In this document: one piece after another, positions 41,529-52,014 of the stretch
Layout of the letters: every line of letters starts with the position of its first letter
How positions within the stretch are numbered: position 1 is the first letter of the stretch
From: a virus
IMG/VR virus record: IMGVR_UViG_3300028610_000244
Span: 33,869-97,868 of that record
Direction: 5' to 3' (one strand)
DNA length: 64,000 nucleotides
Made by a program: the position numbers and the translations under genes
Notes under the pieces: model-generated
Database searches by the model: none
Seen by the model: only the letters and a program-made list of their open reading frames with translations
Told to the model about the DNA's origin: nothing

Positions 41529-42326
41529 TTAGAGCCCTGTAATAAAGATATTTTTTGTCGGCACAAACGGACAGCCGCCGAAGTTGATTTCGTTGGCGAA
41601 CTTTGCCAGACAGGTAGCTATGCTGTGATCGCAACCCGCGAACACCGAGACGTCCTCCGTCAATACCGATTCATGGAATGGCAGCACCAAAGTCAGGTCA
41701 TCTCCAGCTTGGTCAAGGATGAGCCTGTAGTCCAGCACGCCGAAAGAGACATACCCACCTGTAGACCAGCCGGTGCCCTTAGCCGTTTCTAGGCCAGTGA
41801 TTGTCACCACATTATCCACGATAGCCGAGACCGGGCCTATGTATGTGAACAGTCCGGCAGAAACTTTGCAGTCCGGATCGAAGAGCACGTTGTTACATGC
41901 AGCCTGAAATGTTCGCTCCGGTATCTCTTTGTCAAATGCGTCATTGATTGGAACAAGTGATAGGGCTGACATCGAGGCGTTCTGCGTGAACGCTACTGAT
42001 CGAACCACACCTTTATAGATCACACGGACGTCGGATGGTTCGAGCCGCTGGTAACTCTGGATCGTCAGGGACGCAGTCTGGCCTGGAGCGATTGTTGCAA
42101 ACTTTAGCGTGAATGGATGCGACCCAGGTAATTTAATCTCCAGATACTCCTGTCCGGTTGAGATGGAGCCCCTGGAGATTGAGGTACGGTCGTACTCATC
42201 ACCTAGATAAGTGACAAAGGGTTCAACCGAGTCGTGCATCCGATAGATGGTGGAGCCCATCGCCAACGTATATATCTCAATTGTGCTACCAGCTTCTTGT
42301 GAAGTTTCATGGTCTTCAAACGCCAT
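41529..42326 (-). CDS. BR0599/DUF2163-like tail (hub-associated) protein
   Basis: C...LFD..C and GCDH....C..KF.N..NFGG.PFVP. Confidence 0.85.
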   Translation of the reverse strand: MAFEDHETSQEAGSTIEIYTLAMGSTIYRMHDSVEPFVTYLGDEYDRTSISRGSISTGQEYLEIKLPGSHPFTLKFATIAPGQTASLTIQSYQRLEPSDVRVIYKGVVRSVAFTQNASMSALSLVPINDAFDKEIPERTFQAACNNVLFDPDCKVSAGLFTYIGPVSAIVDNVVTITGLETAKGTGWSTGGYVSFGVLDYRLILDQAGDDLTLVLPFHESVLTEDVSVFAGCDHSIATCLAKFANEINFGGCPFVPTKNIFITGL

Positions 42327-44249
42327 CTAATTATCGACCTCCTTAGTAGGCACAATACACTCTGATTGTCCAAGTGCATTATAATGTATAATGACGATGT
42401 CGTCAACATCTAATCTGATTTTTTCCAAATATTCTATCCGCTCGATATCCTCGGGCTCGTACTCGGCAGGCCACGCCAAGTCCAACGTGAGCTGTTCCTG
42501 GGTCTCGCTGACCTCAGCACTGTTCTGAATCTCTCTAACCAGGATCGACCCATCCGTGAAGTGGATTCGGATGAACTGCTTCGGCCACCGCTGATACGCA
42601 TTGACCGTGTAGCCAATGTTATCCATGTTCAGGACGAAGGTGCCGGACAGCATTGTATCCGTGACGACAATGTCCTTCCAGAACGTCGGGATGTAGAAGC
42701 TGACCTGCTTACCCTTGAGGAAGTGGAGAAGCTGCCTGAGTTCCCACAGCTCTTGTCTGGTATTCGTCTTCCAGCCTTTCTTACTGTATCGTTTGTTATG
42801 GTCCCAGGCCGACGTTGGGGTCCGAAGCCCAGTAAGGTTGTCGATGACGAAGACTTTGGTCTTGAGTGCCTCTGCAAGCTGTCCGCCTGCGATCATGTTG
42901 GGTCCATCCATGAACGGCTTGCCATCGTATGCGTTCCAGGCTGAGTCATCAGCTATGTCATTGACTTCCGGATCGACATGGATTCGCAGATTGAAATATT
43001 CCTGGTTGACAGTATACTTGAGAGCCGCAGACGAAGCCTCGATGTGTGCCGTAAGCAGTGGCATCACCTGCACGTTATTCGCGTAGTTGTAAGTCAAACC
43101 AGAATCGAATGTGAGTGACGTCGAAGTCATTGATTCGATCTTTAGTGCATCGAAAAAGTTTTCATCCTGCAATACAACCGCATAGCCACCAACGTAGAAA
43201 TTCGCGTAGTCAGTTGTGTTGACGTTAACAGTCACGGCATCTATTACATGAGCCCCGTCCAAGTATGCCGGCTCATGCCATGCCGGGTACGCTACGATCT
43301 TGGCTTGGCGGTCAAACAGAATCATCTCTATCTTTTTCTGACCGGCCTTATATGTGGCCTCGAACATTCCGCGAGGATACTGGCGGTTTGCGATCCGCTG
43401 CTCGGAGCCGTCCACGGCCTCGATGACTTTTGTGTCAAAGATCAAGTGCTCGCGGAGCGGCGACTCCGGTCGAATCGGGAACATAACAATTCTTGATCCA
43501 GTGAAGTATAAGGTGTAGACCTCGCCGGTCGATAGCGTCAATGTGTATGTTCCATTGATTGTCAAGTCGCCAGTACGCCTTATCAGAACAGAGAAGATAA
43601 GGCCGTCTTGCGAGGCAATGTTAAACGGTGCGGCCGGGACACCGGATACTTCGATGCCGCTGCCAAGATTGTCAACGATTGATGCAACAGTAATGCTGTT
43701 CTCTCTATCCGCGTTGTATAGTTCACATGTCACTGTCTGGTCAGAAACGATATTACCCAAGTCCTGCACCAGCCGAGGTAATAGGTGGGCTATCTCGTGC
43801 CAAGGTATTTCGTGGCTGTTAATCTTCCCGGCTCCGGCGTGTAGGTTCGCATCGACAGCCGAGGCTTCGAGCTGCTCAAAGACCCCAACGCCCAGGGGCG
43901 GCAACATTATAGCGGGGGCGACCTCATTCCAGTTACCAGCCGAGCCTTGATCGCTGCCAGGGTCTTGTCCTGGGACGATGAACGTCAGCGGCAGCGTAAT
44001 GATATTAGCCAAATTGAATGCGTTGGTGGAGGAGGGAGTGACATCCAATGAACCCGCACCTTCAATTGTGGGCTCTGTGTTCTGTTGGATCGTCAAGTCC
44101 GAGACATCCACTGAGCCCGCACCGGCGATGACAATATCCGTGGCCTCAAACGACGGCGGGTCAGTCTGGCTGGCTCCCATGTTGTGCCGGTAGAGGGTGT
44201 CGGGGGCATCACTCTGAAAGGCCCCCATGTTTTGTTTGTAGTCAGCCAT
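42327..44249 (-). CDS. Tail structural protein (distal-tail-like)
   Basis: E.L.F.T.V....DGSEQR...R..PR; G+...FY.PT; tail-module position. Confidence 0.75.
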   Translation of the reverse strand: MADYKQNMGAFQSDAPDTLYRHNMGASQTDPPSFEATDIVIAGAGSVDVSDLTIQQNTEPTIEGAGSLDVTPSSTNAFNLANIITLPLTFIVPGQDPGSDQGSAGNWNEVAPAIMLPPLGVGVFEQLEASAVDANLHAGAGKINSHEIPWHEIAHLLPRLVQDLGNIVSDQTVTCELYNADRENSITVASIVDNLGSGIEVSGVPAAPFNIASQDGLIFSVLIRRTGDLTINGTYTLTLSTGEVYTLYFTGSRIVMFPIRPESPLREHLIFDTKVIEAVDGSEQRIANRQYPRGMFEATYKAGQKKIEMILFDRQAKIVAYPAWHEPAYLDGAHVIDAVTVNVNTTDYANFYVGGYAVVLQDENFFDALKIESMTSTSLTFDSGLTYNYANNVQVMPLLTAHIEASSAALKYTVNQEYFNLRIHVDPEVNDIADDSAWNAYDGKPFMDGPNMIAGGQLAEALKTKVFVIDNLTGLRTPTSAWDHNKRYSKKGWKTNTRQELWELRQLLHFLKGKQVSFYIPTFWKDIVVTDTMLSGTFVLNMDNIGYTVNAYQRWPKQFIRIHFTDGSILVREIQNSAEVSETQEQLTLDLAWPAEYEPEDIERIEYLEKIRLDVDDIVIIHYNALGQSECIVPTKEVDN

Positions 44250-45506
44250 TTACGGGAGTCCCACTTCTGCACCTAATTTAATCCCTGTGTTGAACGCCGG
44301 GCTACTTGCATCCAGTGTAAAATCCTGATTGGCTGGATCAACAAGTAACGGATTCGAGCTGATGTCACTATCACCGGCCACAACACCACCAGTTCGGTCG
44401 CCGGTGTTATTGTAGAGACAGTTATTGTCGCTGTACACTTGCTCATTGCCGTTAATGCCTGTCGTGCATGTGTGGATGATTGAGTTCACTACAGAACAGT
44501 AGAACGTACCCAGGAGAATCCCGGTCCCACAATTATAAACCGTAGTGTTCGCAACTCGTCCACCGATATAGACTGAAATACCTTGGGTGGTGCAGGTATC
44601 AATGATGCAGTTCTCAATTATCAAGCAGTCTGCGTTGGAGCTTGTGTAGACAATCCCGTATTTGGAATCATGGACATAACACCACTCTGCCATACAGCCC
44701 TCTTTCGATATCTGTAGGCCGTATCCATCTGTGGCTTCGTACTCGCATTGAAACGCTCGGCCGTGATTGCCCTGCATCCTGTGAGCATAAGCATTGGTGA
44801 AGCCAGACCTTTGAACCTTGCAGTTACGTATCACAAAGAACACACCTGTGTTTGCCAGCGTATTGATGGAGCTGCTGGAATAAGTGCTGTCCATCCGCAG
44901 ATGTTCCATCTGACCATAGCTTCCGCTCCAGTTGATATAGGAGACGTTGTTGCCTGTCTGGAGGTATGGTCTGTTGGTTCCTGTCGGCCGGTCCCCGCGA
45001 GTGGTGTTGTAGCCCTTCATCCTCTGATAGGCGGCGGAGATGGTGTTGGCACCACTTGTTCCAAAGGCCGTATAGGTGCCAGCCTCAACGTGGGTGATGT
45101 CATAGCTACCCTTGTTGGTTGTGTTGAAGAACGTGCCTATCTTCGTTGAATCAAATTTCCAGGCTCCGCCTACGTTGCCTGTTCCACCTGAGCCAGATAC
45201 TCCAGCGTTCCTATCAACAGTAATATTGTTGGTGTCGGTGTAGCCGGTTATCTGGTAGTAGCCTTCCGTGATGCCTGAGCCGCCGCCGAGATAAATGACG
45301 TTGCCCTCCATCGCAGCCGTGAACCCACCTGTAACGGAACTCACAGCACCAGCAGCAGCCGTCACTATGTCAGTCAATGCCAACTGTGCAGAAGCCTGCT
45401 GGCTATAATCAACTGACGTGCCTGGGTTAAGGTCTTTGAACCCACCGCCATTGGTGCCTGAGCCGGTGGTTCTGATTTCCCAATCTGTATTTGCTGAAAT
45501 AGCCAT
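44250..45506 (-). CDS. Right-handed beta-helix (pectin-lyase-like) virion protein
   Basis: Repeated N/C-rich coils (IENCIID, NTTVYNC, NSIIH); P..VDP...DFTL...SP. Confidence 0.75.
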   Translation of the reverse strand: MAISANTDWEIRTTGSGTNGGGFKDLNPGTSVDYSQQASAQLALTDIVTAAAGAVSSVTGGFTAAMEGNVIYLGGGSGITEGYYQITGYTDTNNITVDRNAGVSGSGGTGNVGGAWKFDSTKIGTFFNTTNKGSYDITHVEAGTYTAFGTSGANTISAAYQRMKGYNTTRGDRPTGTNRPYLQTGNNVSYINWSGSYGQMEHLRMDSTYSSSSINTLANTGVFFVIRNCKVQRSGFTNAYAHRMQGNHGRAFQCEYEATDGYGLQISKEGCMAEWCYVHDSKYGIVYTSSNADCLIIENCIIDTCTTQGISVYIGGRVANTTVYNCGTGILLGTFYCSVVNSIIHTCTTGINGNEQVYSDNNCLYNNTGDRTGGVVAGDSDISSNPLLVDPANQDFTLDASSPAFNTGIKLGAEVGLP

Positions 45507-45518
45507 GTTCGCTTCCCA

Positions 45519-45905
45519 TCAGTCGAGTCTAACAATACATTTATCAATCGCAATGATAATTTGCGTGCCGTTGATAACTGAGATATCGTCAAGGCCCAGA
45601 GATGCTAGTGTCACGTAGCCGAGGAAGTTGCCGGCCGTCAGGGCGTCGAAGAGTCCTATCACTGCACAGGTGCCTTGTGCTCCCGTAGACTGTGGGAACG
45701 TAATGGCGACATCATTTTTGACTTCCTGCACATCGACGCCAACCGAGGTCAACGTATACGCACCGTAAGCCTTGCGGGCATAGCCGAAACCTGACAGCTC
45801 AGTCATGCTGGCTTCAACAGCCGATGAGCCGTAGCCGACATACACAGTGTAAGTGGAGAACAAGTGAGCCAGCAACGCATTTTCAGAAAAATTAGAAAAA
45901 CTCAT
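45519..45905 (-). CDS. Small tail-associated protein
   Basis: MSFSN..ENALL.HLF...E.SG.GYAR...ITFP...LFDALT.GN.L. Confidence 0.75.
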   Translation of the reverse strand: MSFSNFSENALLAHLFSTYTVYVGYGSSAVEASMTELSGFGYARKAYGAYTLTSVGVDVQEVKNDVAITFPQSTGAQGTCAVIGLFDALTAGNFLGYVTLASLGLDDISVINGTQIIIAIDKCIVRLD

Positions 45906-46942
45906 TAAACCACCTTCTTGTAAATTAAGCCACTGTTTTCGCTTTCCTGGTTGATCCCACCGATGTTGGATTTACGCACGGTCGGAAACGCTATCCAAGT
46001 ATCGGCCCCAACCGTCAGCTCCTGAGCAGGATCAATTCCGTGTAAATGAATGTGGCCGATATTGTGCATTCGACCGAGATAGTACCAGCCGTCATCCCCG
46101 CCATCGGCATCCATGTAGAATACCTCGTGAGGGATGATTGGGATGAAACCATTTGACAAGTCGGGAAGAAAGGCTCCGAACTGTGCAAGTGCAGCACCCT
46201 TACGGCAACCGCCGCCGATGCGAATTCGATCAGTGCTTCCACGATCTTGCCCCACATCCGCATCATCCGTTTGGTAGTCTACGCTATGTCCCCACCTACC
46301 ACCTGCCGGTTGGTTGGGTAGGCCCTCACAATGAAGTGTTCCACCTGAGTCAGTGTTGTAGGTTCCATAGTATGTGGTGCCGGGAACCAGGGCTCCATCC
46401 ATCAGAACCGTATGGCCGTTATGACTTGGGAGAGGATAGGCTCCGAACGCAGTAAAGCCTGCCCAGTTCCAGAGGTGTCCGGCACACCATGCTCCACCTG
46501 TCCACGTTCCTTCCTTGTCGATCTTTCCGAACCCGAAGTGTCGGTAAAGCCCAGGAGAGAACTCAAGCACGACAAAGATGTTGTGTGGGTTCGTGTAGGC
46601 GAAGAAGTGATACGCCGTGTACGATCCGGCCCCGATCCTGGAAACCTGTCGGCCTCGGTCCGGAAAGGCATCGAAATCGCTATTCCCGTTACCGCTGTCG
46701 TCTGCCTGATTCCACGGCTCTTCGTCATTGGCTCCCGAGTAGCCCAACGCCTGAAACATTCCGATCTGATCGACACCGTCCCACATGAATGAGACATAGA
46801 CGTTATCCGCTGATCGACTCAGTGACAGATGTTTGTTGGCTCCGCTGTAGTAATCCTCAACGTAGCCATTCGCCTGAGCAAATGTAGAGAGCTTGCTCAG
46901 TAAATCTGTCTGGTCACTTGCTGTGCCTGTCTGATAGGCCAT
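45905..46942 (-). CDS. Virion structural protein (tail module)
   Basis: MAYQTGTA.....LL..L..FA start; YRH..FG; start at 46942. Confidence 0.75.
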   Translation of the reverse strand: MAYQTGTASDQTDLLSKLSTFAQANGYVEDYYSGANKHLSLSRSADNVYVSFMWDGVDQIGMFQALGYSGANDEEPWNQADDSGNGNSDFDAFPDRGRQVSRIGAGSYTAYHFFAYTNPHNIFVVLEFSPGLYRHFGFGKIDKEGTWTGGAWCAGHLWNWAGFTAFGAYPLPSHNGHTVLMDGALVPGTTYYGTYNTDSGGTLHCEGLPNQPAGGRWGHSVDYQTDDADVGQDRGSTDRIRIGGGCRKGAALAQFGAFLPDLSNGFIPIIPHEVFYMDADGGDDGWYYLGRMHNIGHIHLHGIDPAQELTVGADTWIAFPTVRKSNIGGINQESENSGLIYKKVV

Positions 46943-46944
46943 GC

Positions 46945-48717
46945 TTAATTCTCCTTGAGGGCGAAGAAATAATTTCTGTTCGATTGACCGCAATTCTGGA
47001 AGCACTTATACACGTCGGTTCCAATATAGATTCGGTCCTCAGAGTTGATGGTTCCGTCTGGATTAAAACAGAAGACCCCACGCATACTGCCGAAAAGTCT
47101 TCGCTCACCGACATCGGATACTATCGTACACGGAACCAACATGAACTCGTCACTAACTCTTTTCAATTCATCCTGACCTGCTGGGATAATAGTCTTTACA
47201 TTGAACAGCTCACCCCAGTTATGGGTATCGACATACCAGGAGTTCGGTGCTGCCGGAGGATTATAATCTGTCCCCGCACATGGGGTGATCTGCACAACGT
47301 CATCAATATTAAGCAGGCTTGGGTTTCCACTAACTATTTCCCAATTGGCTACTTGTGTGAAGGTGCCGTCCGGCTTTCTTAACCAGCCGGGTCCACCATA
47401 GGTCGAAGACTCTGCCGTCCACACACCGGGATTATTCATCCCAGCAAAGTCGTTTCCGCCATAGGTGTATGGTGACTTCCTCGCTATGCAGCCAAGAATC
47501 AATTGAGGATATCCCCACTCATTTGCTGTTAAAAATCTATCCGGTGCTCCCAAATACATGTTGGGATAGACCGAGGCGACTTTGAACACAGCCGTGATTC
47601 TTTCATCATCTATACTCATCCAATAGTTGATGGTTGCCGGTGTACCTCCACCAGACAACGGGACATAGTTATCCTCCCGGTCGCTGTCAGCACTCACGGC
47701 TCCAGGCTGCTGATCCCACGGAGTCGAGACTGAGTTGAATCCTGAGAAACCATTGCACTGCAAGACATACGCTGTTTCCGGGCTCGTCTCTTTCACCGAC
47801 TTCCAGCCGATGTATTGGTCAGTGGTTGTATTGTGGATCATCAGGTATTTGTGTTCGAGCACAGTAGTGGCATACGTCATCGTCAACGTGAGGCCCGAGC
47901 CTGTGCCACCAGACGAGCTGGCCGGATTGCCGGGTGTCGTGATATACTCGCCACCTGTGTTGACTGTGACTGCACTCGGTACTCCACCAGATTCCGCTGT
48001 GATCTTGACCGTAGCTGCTTCCGTGAACGATCCACCGACGACTGTCACTATGTCGTTCAGCGTGTAGCCGGTGCCGGCCACTGCGATAGCTGCCACTGTA
48101 GCTTCCTCGGCCTCGTGGTCAACCTTCGCCTCCCAAGCCGTATCCACGTATGTCACCTCGAACTTGGCACCAGTGCCTGATCCACTTGACGTATTCTGGA
48201 GCACGGGATTACTCGCCTGTGACGTATAGACACCTGCGTCGGAAATATGGCTGGCAGTTATGATGCCGCTGCCCGCCGTGAATGTAAAGTCGATTGTACA
48301 GCCTGTCCCTGCTCCGTCTGACGTCGTCGCTACTGGGTTTGTCGGCTGAGCCGAAGCAACGCCTGGGTTTAGTATGAGGATCGTCGCCACGGCCGAACCT
48401 GAGAGCGTCAGCACCTCCAGGACCGGAGCCACATCATAGGTGCCTGTAGTGGGAACCAATGAGTCACCGATAACGTAGCCGGTGCCGCCAGCGTTCACGG
48501 CAGCAACCGTGATGTAGTCACCGGACGTAACACCTCGGACTTCAATTTCTGGCTCATGGTATTTGGTTCCACCTGCCAGCACGATTGTGTCACCGACAGC
48601 ATAATCAATACCACCATCATAGATGTCTGCGACAGAAATGTGGTCGTCCTTCGCCAGATTCTTTATGATATCCATCATGTCTTGATAGTCAGTTGCTGTT
48701 CCCTTAAACCAAGCCAT
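46945..48717 (-). CDS. Virion structural protein with inserted G.GY..GD repeats
   Basis: MAW..GTA; three I...G.GY...D repeats; Y..MYLG......EW.YP..I.G. Confidence 0.75.
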   Translation of the reverse strand: MAWFKGTATDYQDMMDIIKNLAKDDHISVADIYDGGIDYAVGDTIVLAGGTKYHEPEIEVRGVTSGDYITVAAVNAGGTGYVIGDSLVPTTGTYDVAPVLEVLTLSGSAVATILILNPGVASAQPTNPVATTSDGAGTGCTIDFTFTAGSGIITASHISDAGVYTSQASNPVLQNTSSGSGTGAKFEVTYVDTAWEAKVDHEAEEATVAAIAVAGTGYTLNDIVTVVGGSFTEAATVKITAESGGVPSAVTVNTGGEYITTPGNPASSSGGTGSGLTLTMTYATTVLEHKYLMIHNTTTDQYIGWKSVKETSPETAYVLQCNGFSGFNSVSTPWDQQPGAVSADSDREDNYVPLSGGGTPATINYWMSIDDERITAVFKVASVYPNMYLGAPDRFLTANEWGYPQLILGCIARKSPYTYGGNDFAGMNNPGVWTAESSTYGGPGWLRKPDGTFTQVANWEIVSGNPSLLNIDDVVQITPCAGTDYNPPAAPNSWYVDTHNWGELFNVKTIIPAGQDELKRVSDEFMLVPCTIVSDVGERRLFGSMRGVFCFNPDGTINSEDRIYIGTDVYKCFQNCGQSNRNYFFALKEN

Positions 48718-51218
48718 TATGCACTCCCGCTACTATTATAGGTTCTGATTTCGTTTCTGATGATTCGCTTACCCTCAGCACTGCCCATCGCGGAGAGTGC
48801 TTCATCTTCGCTTGACACGTTGATGATTGTCACTGCACCTTCCTGTGCAGGCTCTTGAGCTGTCGGGTCCGGTATAATACGTCCAGGTTGGGCGGGCTGG
48901 AATATCTCGGGTCCGCGTTCACCAACAAGGAACGGACTACCTGGAGAGACGGGACCACCGAGGGCTCTTCCGGCTGGCCCTGCACCTCCTCCGAATGAAG
49001 AAGTTGGTACTCCACCACCACCAGCACTGCCAGCACTGCCGCCGAGGACACCAAAGGCACCAGCTATCTGACCACCCATCCCACCACCACCGGCCATACT
49101 GCTGAGCAGGCCCATAAGAGCTTGTCGGGCCAGGAGCCGAGTAAGGTCAGCAAGCATCCCATCAACGAGACTCTTAAAGTTGACCTTGCCGGTCGTGACA
49201 AAGGACACCAGGGCGTCCTCCATGCCTTTGAATGCGTTGACAATTGTCCTCTCAGCCATGCTCGCAAAGTCACTGATCTCAAGACCGAGCTTCATAAAGC
49301 CACGTTGGAAGCCCGACAACACGTCGGTGTTGACCTCCATCGACTTTATTTTAAGCTCCGTCATCTTGCGGTTCACTTGATCCAGTGTGGCCTCCATACC
49401 CTCAGTGCCGGGCTGCTGTGTGTTGATCGCTGTCCACAACTCCTGGAGCTGGAGCATCTGATTGTTCACTTTACCGACGTCGCCGATCATGTCCTTTAGT
49501 AATTGAAGTTGAACCGGAGTCGGAGAGAATATACCTTCCCCGGCTTCGCCAGGACCACCAGTGTCGCCAGTACCTGCCTTCGTCCTGGCAAACAAATCCT
49601 CTACGCCTTCACTGATGAAATCAGACATCTCGAAGCCGCGACCGAATGCGTCACCGAGTGACTCGCCGGCCTGCTCTGCGGAGAACTTAGCACCGGCCAA
49701 TGAATCTTCGCTTGTAGCTTCCACGAGCTTCTCACTGAATATGGTAGTGAAGTCAGTGAACCCACCTGTAGCCGCTTTCTTGAGAGACTCCGCTGCATCG
49801 GCGGCGTGCTTCCTGGCCTGTGAGAAATTACGTGACATCAGTGAATCGGCTGCGGCCGCTATCGAGTTAAAACCGCTAGAGACGTTCGCACCGAAATTGC
49901 TGATTATTTGTCCGAGGGTCGCAAACCCAGCCATGATAGCGTCGATAACAAATTCAACACCTGTAAGAATTCCATTCCACGCAAGCTCAGCGTATCCCGG
50001 AATGTTTTTGAAGATTGTCTTGATGACCTCACCAGCTCCAACAAAGAAGCCGAGGAATGCGTCGATGAACGCTGCAACATCCGTCAGGATCGTCTCGAAT
50101 GTTATCGTAGTCTCCCTCTGAATATCAACGCCTTCAAACAAGCCTGTCATTCCGTCACGCATAATTCCGTATGTGACCTTGGCGTTCTCTCCAAGCTCTG
50201 TCATAAAATCAGCAAGCGTGGCTGTTGAGTCATTGGCTATTTTGATTTTGTCGGCGAAGACTACTAACGCAGCTCCCGCCAAAAGAATAGCAGTCGCCAG
50301 CGGATTAACTTTGAGTATCGCAAGACTGAACAGTTTCATCTGGGCGACAATCCCTATCAGATTCTTGAGCAAGATTCCACCAAGGAGTGCTCCCACAATC
50401 CCCACGGCTTTTCCGAAGACGTCCATGTTGTCTGAGACCCAGAGGATAACTTGGGCCAAGCCGGCTGTACCTTGGATGCTCTGATCTAAATCACCAACGA
50501 ACTTCTGGAGAGAATTGTGAAGAACGGTCACGGCCTGATCCACTGTCGGAATACGTCTGCCGAATCTTTCGGCCAAACTCTTCTCTGCGTCATTGAAGGC
50601 GTCGATGATTACCTGGGTAGTGACACGTCCTTCAAACGCCCACTTCCTTAGTTCACCTCGACCGATGCCTAAGAATCTGGTAAGTGTCTGAGTCACAATC
50701 GGCAACTGTTCCATGACCGAACGAAGCTCATCACCACGCAACGCACCAGCAGCCAAGCCCTGAGAGAACTGAACCATACCCCACTGAGCTTCACGGGCGG
50801 TGACACCTGAGAGGATGATGGCGTGGTTCAACTGCGTAGCGAACCGCACAACGTCCTTCATCTCCAAACCCATCTGCTTTGTGTTGATCGCAATACGGGA
50901 ATACATGTCGATGTTCGCTTCCAGAGACGTTCTGGTCTGACGACTCATCTTGAACACAGCGTCCATTGCCGCGTGCAGTGCCCAGGTGCCGTCCGTGACA
51001 ACACGGAGCTTATTAAGCATGTTGGCATAGCTGTCAGCAAGTAGGATGGTGTCCTTAATCACCTTCGCAGAGACGAGTCCGGCGAGGACCGTCTTCAACT
51101 TATCCATCTGACCTGTAGTCCTATCACCTGCCTCACCAACTTCTGAAATATTACGCTTGACGACTCGGGCACCGTCTTCGCGGATTTCAATTAGCAGTAG
51201 TTCTTTTTTACTAGCCAC
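48717..51218 (-). CDS. Tape measure protein
   Basis: Q.SQ.LA.G.LRGDEL.SVMEQ tape-measure domain; C-terminal RA.GGPV......VGE.GPE.F.P. Confidence 0.92.
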   Translation of the reverse strand: MASKKELLLIEIREDGARVVKRNISEVGEAGDRTTGQMDKLKTVLAGLVSAKVIKDTILLADSYANMLNKLRVVTDGTWALHAAMDAVFKMSRQTRTSLEANIDMYSRIAINTKQMGLEMKDVVRFATQLNHAIILSGVTAREAQWGMVQFSQGLAAGALRGDELRSVMEQLPIVTQTLTRFLGIGRGELRKWAFEGRVTTQVIIDAFNDAEKSLAERFGRRIPTVDQAVTVLHNSLQKFVGDLDQSIQGTAGLAQVILWVSDNMDVFGKAVGIVGALLGGILLKNLIGIVAQMKLFSLAILKVNPLATAILLAGAALVVFADKIKIANDSTATLADFMTELGENAKVTYGIMRDGMTGLFEGVDIQRETTITFETILTDVAAFIDAFLGFFVGAGEVIKTIFKNIPGYAELAWNGILTGVEFVIDAIMAGFATLGQIISNFGANVSSGFNSIAAAADSLMSRNFSQARKHAADAAESLKKAATGGFTDFTTIFSEKLVEATSEDSLAGAKFSAEQAGESLGDAFGRGFEMSDFISEGVEDLFARTKAGTGDTGGPGEAGEGIFSPTPVQLQLLKDMIGDVGKVNNQMLQLQELWTAINTQQPGTEGMEATLDQVNRKMTELKIKSMEVNTDVLSGFQRGFMKLGLEISDFASMAERTIVNAFKGMEDALVSFVTTGKVNFKSLVDGMLADLTRLLARQALMGLLSSMAGGGGMGGQIAGAFGVLGGSAGSAGGGGVPTSSFGGGAGPAGRALGGPVSPGSPFLVGERGPEIFQPAQPGRIIPDPTAQEPAQEGAVTIINVSSEDEALSAMGSAEGKRIIRNEIRTYNSSGSA

Positions 51219-51639
51219 GGAGTAGCCTACCTTTTCTCAAGACAGCTTGTGCGGCGGCAATGGCAAACGTAGTCATGCCGGCACGAGCCTGTGCGGATTT
51301 TCCTTTATCCAAATCATCAATGTATCCCACCGAATTAGCAATGAAAATGTTGCCGCCGCCAACCTTCCATCCTTTAACTGCATTGGACGCATCAATCAGT
51401 GCCTTAGCACTTGCGACCTGCCGATTCGTATCAACATTGGGTGTGTTTGGGCCTTCCACCACGCCCGTCTTCGGCCTCTTTGCCGACAACTTCCAACTGA
51501 TCCTGGCGTGACCTGTCTTTACCGGAGTGCGTAGAACGGCTTCCCTCGTTGCGGCCACAGCGGCGTCACGAATTGTCTTGGAGACGTTGACTAGAAGTGC
51601 GTCACCAATCTTACTCATTCTACGTCCGAAATTTCCCAT
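51211..51639 (-). CDS. Neck / tail-completion protein (HK97 gp10-like)
   Basis: TPV.TG.AR..W; I.IAN...YI..L..G.S.QA..G. Confidence 0.8.
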   Translation of the reverse strand: MGNFGRRMSKIGDALLVNVSKTIRDAAVAATREAVLRTPVKTGHARISWKLSAKRPKTGVVEGPNTPNVDTNRQVASAKALIDASNAVKGWKVGGGNIFIANSVGYIDDLDKGKSAQARAGMTTFAIAAAQAVLRKGRLLRG

Positions 51640-51647
51640 ATAGGATC

Positions 51648-51676
51648 ATTATACACGATATTATCGGCGAAATCAA
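51648..51676 (-). promoter_or_regulatory. sigma70 promoter, near-leaderless transcript
   Basis: TTGATT-N17-TATAAT, 8 nt before ATG 51639. Confidence 0.75.
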
Positions 51677-52014
51677 GACTTATCTTTATTTTTTCGAGCC
51701 ACATGGGCCAAGAATGCCTGATCCATCATTCGTATATGATAGTGCAAGTCCTCTTCCTCTTCCTCGGTTAGCTCCAACCTTTCCGCGTACTCAGCAATAC
51801 ACCAGGATGGTATCGGCCCAGCCGACCAGCCTGTGTTTCGATTGGTATTCAGCTCAACGAATGCTTGGAAGTATAGCTCCAGACCCATGAAGAGGTTTGG
51901 AGCATTTTGTATGCGTTCAGGCAATGCCTTCTTACGGGCATAGCACTCTCGGATCATTCTCTGTTCTACCTGCCCCATCTCCATGTAGTAGAGCAGGCAG
52001 TCAATCAGTTTCCC
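51673..52014 (-). CDS. Tail assembly chaperone, frameshift extension (gpT-like)
   Basis: The -1 frame after GGGAAAC reads GKLIDCLLYYMEMGQ..., continuous with ORF 51673..51984. Confidence 0.8.
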   Translation of the reverse strand, partial: GKLIDCLLYYMEMGQVEQRMIRECYARKKALPERIQNAPNLFMGLELYFQAFVELNTNRNTGWSAGPIPSWCIAEYAERLELTEEEEEDLHYHIRMMDQAFLAHVARKNKDKS

